Shown here: positions 1-8,800 of the stretch, piece by piece | How the letters are laid out: each line of letters opens with the position of its first letter | How positions within the stretch are numbered: position 1 is the first letter of the stretch | Assembly (NCBI GenBank): GCA_903835005.1 | Contig: CAILLK010000117.1 | Span: 8,422 to 72,421 of the forward strand | From: an uncultured Bacteroidota bacterium | GTDB taxonomy: Bacteria; Bacteroidota; Bacteroidia; Chitinophagales; Chitinophagaceae | Reading direction: 5' to 3' | Length of the DNA stretch: 64,000 bases | Notes under the pieces: model-generated | What the model saw: the letters and a program-made list of their open reading frames with translations, nothing else | Database searches by the model: none | Told to the model about the DNA's origin: nothing | Made by a program: the position numbers and the translations under genes

Positions 1-2616
1 ACCGATGCTACAACAGGAGGTGCCTGGAGCAGCAGTGCCATGTCTATAGCAAGTATTGGCACCGGAAGTGGCACGGTTAGCGGGGTGTCTTATGGCCTTG
101 CCCGGATAACCTATACTTCAGGTAACGGTTGTTATTCTGTTCTATCTGTTACGGTTAATTCTTTGCCGGCATCTGTCTCAGGTTTATTAAGTGTTTGCGC
201 CGGAGCTGAGACCAGTTTATTTGATGGCTCGCCCGGTGGCAAATGGACCAGCGGAAACCTGCCGGTTGCAACAATTGACTCCGTGAGTGGCCTGGTAACC
301 GGCATTACCTCGGGCAATTCAGTTATGAGCTATATGCTTCCCGGTACCGGATGTTATGTTACTTCAGTGGTTACAGTAAATGCAGTTCCTTCAGTAATAA
401 CCGGCCCATCACAGGTTTGTACGGGTACAACAGGTGCCTTGGCCGACAGTGTGGCCGGCGGTACGTGGGCCAGCAGTAGTCCGTCTGTTGCAACAGTAGG
501 GTCATCTTCCGGTGTTGTGACAGGAATAAGCAGTGGTAGTTTACTCATTACCTATTTGCTGTCGTCTGGCTGTAAAACATTCAGCAGCATCACCATCCAG
601 CCTCAGCCGGATACGATATCCGGTACAAAAACTGTTTGTACCGGATCAGCAACCTTGCTTGCTGATATTACACCGGCAGGCTCATGGAGCAGCAGTAATC
701 CGTTAATAGCTGCAGTTGGGTCGGCCAGCGGAAACGTTTCGGGTATCGGCAGCGGTTTTGCAGATATCAGTTATACACTTACAACCGGCTGTTTTATAAT
801 TGCCAATGTTACCGTATTGCCTGCACCACCCGTTGTATCTGGTGATTCAACAGTTTGTACCGGGACCACTTTAGCATTAACCGATGGTGCTGCCGGCGGA
901 GTGTGGAGCTCCGGAAACCCGGCTATAGCCACCATAGGTTCTGGTACTGGTACAGTAACCGGTATAAGTGCCGGGGCAGTATTTGTTACCTATACTCATG
1001 CTGGATGTTACGCTACAAAAACAGTTACAGTTAATTCAGTTGCAGCTGCCGCAGCGATTACAGGCCCTTCAAATGTATGCCTTGGCGATTCAATACTGTT
1101 ATCAGATACCACAACCGGTGGCATATGGAGCAGCAGTAATGCAAATGCCGGCATATCGGCTGCAGGCAGGGTAACCGGTGTTAGCGCCGGCATTGATACG
1201 ATTACTTATTCCGTTACCAATTTGTGCGGCACAGCCCATGCCATAAAACCGGTTACCATTAATGCAGTACCTGCTCCAGTGCCGTTATCGGGGCCGGGCA
1301 GTGTATGTAAAGGTTCTGCGATTGTGCTTACGGATAGTATTTCCGGAGGCACCTGGAGTATGAAGAATGCCACTGCCACCGTTGCAGGCGGGGTTGTAGC
1401 AGGAGTAACAACCGGTACCGATACCTGCACCTATACGGTTACCAATAGTTGTGGTTCAGCAGCAGTTAACAAAGAAATTTCTGTAATTACTGTTCCGGAT
1501 GCCGGAACTTTAGTTGGTCCCGACAGCGTGTGCAAGGGCAGCAGCATTACTCTTACCGATAGTGTTTCAGGGGGCATTTGGGCCAGCAGCAGCACCCTGG
1601 TATCTGTTTTTTCAGGCGTGGTTACCGGAATAACACCGGGTGTGGATACCATAATTTATTTTGTTACCAATAGCTGTGGAACCAAATCCGCAAAAAAAGT
1701 TATTAAAGTGGTAATCTCTGCCAGCCCCGGAATAATTTCAGGGCCATCGGTACTTTGTGCAGGGGCAACAGTATTGCTTACTGATTCTTTATCTTCCGGT
1801 GGCTCCTGGAGCGCTTCCAATAATGTTGCAACCGTTACCGGCGGCCATGTAACCGGTGTATCGGGCGGGGTAGATACTATTAAATACAGCGTGGCCAATG
1901 GTTGCGGTAATAGTTCAGCAGTATATGCAGTTACTGTTAATCCGCTGCCTGACCCAGGTAATATTCATGGAATTGATTTTGTATGCCTGAATTATACCGA
2001 TACCTTAACGGATAGTGTTAAGTATGGTGTCTGGAGCGTTGCCAATAACAATGTAACTGTAAGCAAAGGCGTTTTGACTGGTATTACGTCCGGCACAGAT
2101 ACCGTCTTTTATGCGGTTACCAACGCTTGCGGCACCGATTCGGCAAGATTGCCAGTGACGATAAACGATGTTCAGGTAAAACCAAAAATAAAGCGGAAAT
2201 ACAATGTGTTATCGCTCGATACTGCTTACCAGTCTTATCAGTGGCAGGAACTGGGCCACAATATTACCGGCGCTACAAACAGTACCTATACCATGCAAAC
2301 CCCTGGAGTTTATGAGGTAATTGTAGATGGCTATTATGGCTGCAAAGGGTGGGATTCCATGCAGGTAAGAAACCTGATGTGCGACCCGGGCAGCATCGTT
2401 ATTTTCCCCAACCCGACTACCAGGTTTATTAATATCAACTGGTGCGGCGGTGCCAATGTTCGCATCAACCGTATAGATGGCAGTATGTACAAGACATTAT
2501 ACAACGTAATTCAGCTGGATTTGGGCGAGCTGGTAACGGGTGTGTACCTGCTTTGTTTCTTCGACGATCAGGGTAATGAGATCCGAACATTCAGAGTCAC
2601 AAAATTGCCGGATTAG
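1..2616 (+). CDS. Secreted multi-repeat Ig-like (Big_2-type) surface protein with T9SS type A C-terminal sorting domain; 5' end outside window
   Basis: The frame is open from base 1 (TDATTGGAWSSSA precedes the first Met). About 10 tandem 75-80 aa modules carry the signature C-x-G...L-x-D...GG-x-W-S-S-S-N...A-T-V...G-x-V-T-G...G-x-D-x-I-x-Y. The last ~75 aa (IVIFPNPTT...GVYLLCFFDDQGNEIRTFRVTKL) resemble a Por_Secre_tail domain. Confidence 0.75.
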   Translation, partial: TDATTGGAWSSSAMSIASIGTGSGTVSGVSYGLARITYTSGNGCYSVLSVTVNSLPASVSGLLSVCAGAETSLFDGSPGGKWTSGNLPVATIDSVSGLVTGITSGNSVMSYMLPGTGCYVTSVVTVNAVPSVITGPSQVCTGTTGALADSVAGGTWASSSPSVATVGSSSGVVTGISSGSLLITYLLSSGCKTFSSITIQPQPDTISGTKTVCTGSATLLADITPAGSWSSSNPLIAAVGSASGNVSGIGSGFADISYTLTTGCFIIANVTVLPAPPVVSGDSTVCTGTTLALTDGAAGGVWSSGNPAIATIGSGTGTVTGISAGAVFVTYTHAGCYATKTVTVNSVAAAAAITGPSNVCLGDSILLSDTTTGGIWSSSNANAGISAAGRVTGVSAGIDTITYSVTNLCGTAHAIKPVTINAVPAPVPLSGPGSVCKGSAIVLTDSISGGTWSMKNATATVAGGVVAGVTTGTDTCTYTVTNSCGSAAVNKEISVITVPDAGTLVGPDSVCKGSSITLTDSVSGGIWASSSTLVSVFSGVVTGITPGVDTIIYFVTNSCGTKSAKKVIKVVISASPGIISGPSVLCAGATVLLTDSLSSGGSWSASNNVATVTGGHVTGVSGGVDTIKYSVANGCGNSSAVYAVTVNPLPDPGNIHGIDFVCLNYTDTLTDSVKYGVWSVANNNVTVSKGVLTGITSGTDTVFYAVTNACGTDSARLPVTINDVQVKPKIKRKYNVLSLDTAYQSYQWQELGHNITGATNSTYTMQTPGVYEVIVDGYYGCKGWDSMQVRNLMCDPGSIVIFPNPTTRFININWCGGANVRINRIDGSMYKTLYNVIQLDLGELVTGVYLLCFFDDQGNEIRTFRVTKLPD

Positions 2617-2701
2617 AGGTATTAGCATCCGGCATTCATTACATGTATCTGAATACTTGGATAAAGAATTTGGTTTAACAGGATGGCGGACTTATTATTA
2701 A

Positions 2702-4711
2702 CTATAATTCCAGTACTTTAAATTCCAGTACACGGTTCAGGTAATATTGTTCTTCAGTGCATTTTTCGCAGATGGGGCAGGGAACTTTGGGCTCTCTCAT
2801 TCCCAGGCCAACGGATGATAAACGCCGCTCTGCTATGCCTTTCTTTTTTAAATAGTTCATTACTGACAGCGCCCTTGCATCAGATAGTTTCAGGTTATAA
2901 GCATCACCACCCCTGCAGTCTGTATGCGCCCTGATCTGTATGCGCATGTTTGGCTGGGTGCTCAGATAATCAGCCAGGCTGTCGAGTACTATTTTGGCGG
3001 TGTCGTTTAAATCAGACTTGTCATAGGCGAAATAGAAATGCCCGATCTCATAAATTTTATTAACCTCAGGCACCCCAACCAGCGTGGTGAAAGACAAGGG
3101 TACCGGCGTCAGCGTATCTGATTTCTTAACTACTGGAGGTGGCGGTGGTGGTGGAATATACAGGCTTACTGTCCTTACAATAGTATCGGGTTCCTTTAAC
3201 GGGCTTGCTGAAAATGAAATCTGCTGCCCATTGTAACCGGCTTTACTAATATTGATTGTGTACCGGTTTTCGGGATAAAGCTGTTTGAAGAAATGCCCCC
3301 TGATATCTGCGGTGGCATCATGGGTGTCATTTGTGGCTGTAATAGACAAAGTGGCTTCAGGAACTGGCTGGCGGGTAATGGAGTCTATAACATTAAGTTG
3401 CAGGTATATCTTTTCTTTTTTGTAAAAGTAAATATTGTCACTTCCCCTGGCCGAGGGCCTGCTGGAAGAAAAATAGGTACTTCTGCCATCAGCAAAAAGT
3501 GCCAGTGAGATATCATCGTAAGAGGAATTGATAGGGATGCCTATGTTTTCTGGTTGTGAAAATGTTCCGGTATTATCGTGCCATGTACATTTATAGATAT
3601 CCAGTCCGCCCAGCCCTTCATGCCCGTCTGATGAGAAAAACAGGGTGCTGTCATCAGCCCAGTAAGGGAACACTTCTTCGCCTTCTGTATTAATATTATT
3701 TCCCGCGCTTACCGGTTTTGCCCAGTTGCCTCTTACATTCCGGCATATATACAGATCAGATCCGCCCTGTCCTTTAGGTTTCGTGGAAGAGAATGCCAGT
3801 AATTTCCCGTTCGGGCTCGCGGCAGGATGTGCTACCGAATACTCTTCACTGTTGTATTCAAAAGGGGTAATTGTTTTGAATTTTCTGGTAGCCGTATCAT
3901 AATTGCTGGCTATCATGATTTCCAGCAGCACTACGCTGTCTTTATTGGATATAGATTTTTTGCTCAGAAAATTATCCTTGCTCCGGCTCCGGGTATAGTA
4001 CATCAGTTTGCCATCACCGCTGAAGGTACAAGGTCCGTCGTGGTAGGCAGTGTTCATTTTCCTGGTCTCGGTAAGTTTGTTGAGTTCATTGCCGCAGTTG
4101 CCTTTGTTGTCGCAGTCTATGCTGTAAATATTGTAGTAAGATCTGCCTGTCCATAAATCGGTTTTTTTCTTCAGGTCTATGGCTGTATCTGAAGCAAATA
4201 CCAGCTTGCCTTTCCACAATGTCGGTGCGAATTCGGAGCCATCAGAATTGAAGGGCAGCAAGGTAGTGACACCCGGTGGAATAACCGACATGCTTCCCGG
4301 AGCAGAGGTGCAACCAGCCAGCATATTGGCAGCACGGTGGTCCGTTTTATTGGTTTTAAGGTATTCATTCAATTGTTTTGCTGCCTCATCATACCTGTTT
4401 AATTGCATGAGCAGTTGAGCATACCGCATTACCACCACGCTGCTGCAACCCGGCAATGCGACTGCTTTTGCATAGGCCTCGGCCGATTTCTGCAGATTAT
4501 TGGTTACAGAGTAGCAATCGGCCAGTTGCGAAAAAATAACGGGGTCGTTCATTTCACCAGCTACTTTTTCATAGAAGGGTATGGCTTCAGCATATGCAAA
4601 ATGGTTGTAGTAGTAGCTGGCCTTCATGAGGTCCTTATTCTCTTTTGCATCCGCAATGGAATTCAGGAAAATCAGGAAAAAAAGGATGAGAATATGTAGT
4701 GTCTTTTGCAT
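2702..4711 (-). CDS. OmpA-family outer membrane protein with TPR-like and PD40/TolB-like beta-propeller regions
   Basis: Signal peptide MQKTLHILILFFLIFLNSIADA. PD40-like repeats (SPNGKLLAFSS, LFFSSDG, TYFSSSR) and a Pro7 linker. C-terminal OmpA/MotB motif FAYDKSDL...IRAHTDCRGGDAYNLKLSDARA. Last gene of the adhesin-PorP operon. Confidence 0.85.
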   Translation of the reverse strand: MQKTLHILILFFLIFLNSIADAKENKDLMKASYYYNHFAYAEAIPFYEKVAGEMNDPVIFSQLADCYSVTNNLQKSAEAYAKAVALPGCSSVVVMRYAQLLMQLNRYDEAAKQLNEYLKTNKTDHRAANMLAGCTSAPGSMSVIPPGVTTLLPFNSDGSEFAPTLWKGKLVFASDTAIDLKKKTDLWTGRSYYNIYSIDCDNKGNCGNELNKLTETRKMNTAYHDGPCTFSGDGKLMYYTRSRSKDNFLSKKSISNKDSVVLLEIMIASNYDTATRKFKTITPFEYNSEEYSVAHPAASPNGKLLAFSSTKPKGQGGSDLYICRNVRGNWAKPVSAGNNINTEGEEVFPYWADDSTLFFSSDGHEGLGGLDIYKCTWHDNTGTFSQPENIGIPINSSYDDISLALFADGRSTYFSSSRPSARGSDNIYFYKKEKIYLQLNVIDSITRQPVPEATLSITATNDTHDATADIRGHFFKQLYPENRYTINISKAGYNGQQISFSASPLKEPDTIVRTVSLYIPPPPPPPVVKKSDTLTPVPLSFTTLVGVPEVNKIYEIGHFYFAYDKSDLNDTAKIVLDSLADYLSTQPNMRIQIRAHTDCRGGDAYNLKLSDARALSVMNYLKKKGIAERRLSSVGLGMREPKVPCPICEKCTEEQYYLNRVLEFKVLEL

Positions 4712-4731
4712 TTCGGGTTAGATAGAATGGG

Positions 4732-5841
4732 TTAAAATTTCTTGATGAATCTTGGCGTCAGGAATTTGGAGTTGTCTTTCACAATATCGTAGCCCAGTAC
4801 AATTTCATGCGTACCGCCGGTATACCCGTTAAGTGCAGAAATTACATAATCATAGGCATAGCCCACATTGAGGCGCTCGGTAGCCTGTATGTGCACTATC
4901 GCTTCCACTGACTTATCTGTCCGGTAAGTAGCGCCCAGCAGGAAGCGGTCCATAAATATGGCTGATACATTGAAATCACAGTTGACAGGCAACGTATAGG
5001 CATCTTCACTCGCATACCTGACTAATATCTGGGGCAGCAATTTAAACGTTTCATTTAAAGTGAAAACATGGCCGCCACCAAGATATATTCCCCTGGTTTG
5101 CCGGGCTATATTATTATTCACGTTATCGTTCTTCCTGTCGTAGGCATCCTGCAGCATATTGGGAGCCGACAAACTGATGTAAGATTTATCATCATAGCAA
5201 TAAGCGCCGGCACCGAAATTGGGCAGGAAATTATTACTTACGTTTGCTGCAAAATTCGGGTCATTGGGTTGGTAAATATGGAGCTTGCTGTAGTTGGCGC
5301 TGTACAAATCACCCCCGCCACTGAGGCCCAGCGACAATATGAACTGATTGAATTTAATACGGTAGGCATAGTAAGCTTTAAAAGTGGTATTGTTCTCCAC
5401 ACCCAGGGTTTCGTTGGTCAGGCTGAAGCCAACTGCAACTTTGCGGAAGGTTTTCATATAGCTGCCCACAGGTGCATCAATAGAAATATTGGCTGTTTTA
5501 GGCGCTCCATCAATGTTATTCCACTGATCGCGGTAATCGGCATTTACCGAGGTTACATCCCTGCTGCCGGTATAGGCGGGGTTATACAGCAGTTTGTTGT
5601 ACATAAACATAGTGTAGTGCTGATCGCTTTGGGCGGAGGCGATTAATGGCAATAATAATATGGCAAACCATAATAAAAATGGTAAATTGGTCGGAGCGTA
5701 TGGCTTCTTCCTTATATATGGAAGCGTATCGCTTCCGATAAATTCATTCACAAGCGGGACGCCCTGCAATAGTAGAACGAAGCGGGACGCTTCGATCATT
5801 GGCAGCGACTTATTTGAATATTTTCCGTTCATAAAATCCAT
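4732..5841 (-). CDS. T9SS membrane protein, PorP/SprF family
   Basis: The family-typical sequence LLLPLIASAQSDQHYTMFMYNKLLYNPAYTG follows a signal peptide. The gene lies directly downstream of the type B cargo genes. The true start is probably downstream of 5841, because the signal peptide begins ~45 aa into the ORF (candidates ATG 5799, GTG 5751). Confidence 0.8.
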   Translation of the reverse strand: MDFMNGKYSNKSLPMIEASRFVLLLQGVPLVNEFIGSDTLPYIRKKPYAPTNLPFLLWFAILLLPLIASAQSDQHYTMFMYNKLLYNPAYTGSRDVTSVNADYRDQWNNIDGAPKTANISIDAPVGSYMKTFRKVAVGFSLTNETLGVENNTTFKAYYAYRIKFNQFILSLGLSGGGDLYSANYSKLHIYQPNDPNFAANVSNNFLPNFGAGAYCYDDKSYISLSAPNMLQDAYDRKNDNVNNNIARQTRGIYLGGGHVFTLNETFKLLPQILVRYASEDAYTLPVNCDFNVSAIFMDRFLLGATYRTDKSVEAIVHIQATERLNVGYAYDYVISALNGYTGGTHEIVLGYDIVKDNSKFLTPRFIKKF

Positions 5842-5842
5842 T

Positions 5843-8800
5843 TTATCGTTTTATCATCAAATAACCCGTAAAACTCCCTTTCCCCTCCGGTGCGTTGCTG
5901 CTGTTCAGTTTCACGAGGTAGTAGTAAGTGCCATCGGGCAGTTCACCTTTTTTGCCCTTGCCTGCAAAGTCGTTTTTATAGTTGGTGGCTGAGAATACTT
6001 CATCGCCCCATTTGTCGAAAAGTTGCACCGTATTGGCCGGAAACAGTTCCAGGCCGAGAATGTTCCAGGTATCATTGATGCCGTCTCCGTTGGGTGATAT
6101 GGCATCATAGATGATGATCTGCGTGCAGGTGTCGGGTACAGTGAAGGTCATCTGTTTAGAACAGCCGTTAATATCGGTAACAGATAACTCATAATTGCCG
6201 GTGAGCAGTCCGGATATGCTGCTGCCTGTTTGTTTATCATTCCACAGATAAGTATAGGGTGGTGTTCCGCCTTTTACTGTTGCAGCTATTATCCCCTTGC
6301 TGCCCCTGCATACATCTTCGGTTATATCCGCAGATATCTGCAGCGTGTCTGGCTGGGTAATTGTAATTTTATCATATACAATACAATCAGTGGTTTTCTC
6401 TGTCACCACCAGCGAATAGTTCCCGGTATCGAGCCCGGTAATAAAACTATCAGTGCTTCCGGTCGACCACAGATATGCGAAAGGAGGATTGCCGCCGCTG
6501 ATGATTACCCTTATTCCGGCATCACTGTCGTTGTAGCATTTTACCTGGCTGATATTGGTGGTGATGGTAAAATCAGTATTGATTACATCAATCGGAAAGA
6601 CAGCAGTACTGAAGCAACCAAATGAAGTAGGCGCTGTGGTATAAGTAATCACAGTTGTGCCCAGGCTTATAGCTTTTACTACACCGGTCAGGCTGTCTGC
6701 AGTTGCAATAGTTGTATCGCCGCAGGTCCAGCGGCCGTTAAGAATACTATCTGTGAGTGTAATAACCGCTCCGGGACAAATCATGGTTGGCCCTGCTATG
6801 GTACCGGGGTTGGGCAGCGGGTTTATCCTGATTATTTTCATCGCTGTTGAATCACACTGGCCATTGGCTGCAGTATAAAAAACGGTATCTGCATTGGCTG
6901 TGATACCTTTAACTAACCCTGTTGCACTGATTGATGCGCTCCCATTCCCGATGCTCCAGGTACCTCCAATGGTTGTATCTGTCAACTGGATTGTGTCGCC
7001 AGCACAAACACCTGTTTTACCCGTAATTATTCCGGGGTTTGGATAAGGAATCACTGTAACTGTGGCTGTAGCTGAGCAGCCATCAGTCAGGCCATAGGTT
7101 ATAATAGCGCTGCCTCCGGTTATCCCGGTTACAATTCCTGAACTGCTTCCTACCACTGCTACAGAGGTGTGGTTACTCGTCCAGTTACCACCTGGTGCGG
7201 GATCGCTGAAATGGGTAGTGGCACCTGTGCAGATAATTGAATCCGGACTGATTGTTATGCCCGGGATTGAAATAACCGTTATCGCGCCTGTGTCTGTGGC
7301 ACTGCAGCCCCAGCCGTCTGTTACCTGAAGTGTAACGCTATAGGTGCCAACTGATGTGAAAATGGCATAGACGGTATCTGTTGAGTCGGTTGTACCATTC
7401 ACATTCCAGATCCATGAGGAAATATCCGACCAGTAGCTCTCAGAAGTATCGGCCAGCGTGAGGGTATTATTGATACATACCGGATCAGGGGTTGCGGTAA
7501 ATCCTTTAGTAATGCCATCAACTTTTATAGGCGCAGCTCCCAGGCTGGTATCCACACATCCCGTAGATGATACATTGATGATCATTTTCGGGATAAATGA
7601 GCCCGGGTAAAGGTAAGTATGGCTTATAACCGAATCGGTAATTGACCCAGTTACAACAATCCCATCCGAAAAGTCCCAGGTGATGTTAGACAGTCCGGCT
7701 ACCTCGCTGAGACTGGCATTGAAAGTAACCGGGAAGGGTGCACAACCTGAGTCTGCATTGTAGGTGAAAGCGCCAGCATAGCCATAAATTTTTACATGTC
7801 TCGAATCAGCCGTATCCTTACACCCGGCAGCGTTGGTAACTATCAGCCTTACTGTGTCATAACCCGGTGCAGTATAAATATTCGTCGGGTTAGCGGCCAC
7901 CGAGCTGTCGCCATTGCCAAACAGCCACTTATTGCTGATGCCTCCGGTACTGGCATTGGTGAAATGGACCGTAAACGGCGGACAAAATGCTACCGAATCG
8001 CTTTCGGTAAAGGAAGCATATGGCCTAGAAATATGTATATAGTTGAGCATGGTCGCGGTATCGGTGCAGCCATGCACATCGGTTACTATAAGGCGAACAG
8101 TATAAGTGCCGCTGTCGCTATAGGCATAGTTGGGGTTCTTGAGAGTGGATGTGCCGCCATCGCCAAATTCCCAGAACCAGGTAACAACAGGGTAGGAATA
8201 GCACGAGAAGGAAACAGGTGTAAAAGCGCAGGTGGATGTAGTTGAGGCTATAAATGCCGCGAACGGGTGAAATACATTGGCCAGGGTGAGCACAGCAGTA
8301 TCCTTGCAGCCAATATTATCGGTAACGATTTCAGTTGTAGTATAGGTGCCTGTGGCAGTAAAGGTATGGCCGACAGAAGGTGTTGTGGTTGAAACGGTAG
8401 CAGTAGTGTCTCCAAAAGACCAGCTGTAATGTTGCAGTACAGTGCCGGGCACATCAGTACTGGCATCGGTAAAAGTTGCACCCTGAGGCAGGCATATGTT
8501 TGCAGGCGAAACAGTAAAATTGGCTGCGGGTTTTGCCACGAGTATATAATTAACCCTTTTTATGGAGTCCGGACATCCATTCACATCATGCACCACCAGC
8601 AATATGGTAAAGTAGCCAGTGGCATGAAAAGTATCTACAAAATTGTAGTTATTGTAATCAGTTGATACCCCGTCGGCAAACCATTCATAATAGGAGGCAT
8701 AACCTGTAACAGAGGAATTGAGGATAACAAAACCATCGCGGCATATAGCAGAGTCGGGCGTTGAGAAGGTTACTACGGGCCGGGTAAGATCAAGGGTGAA

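Noticed and set aside
5068-5646. 192-aa ORF on the plus strand inside the PorP/SprF gene
   Set aside because: It is antisense to a well-supported gene, has no recognisable motifs and has low-complexity composition, which fits a shadow ORF.
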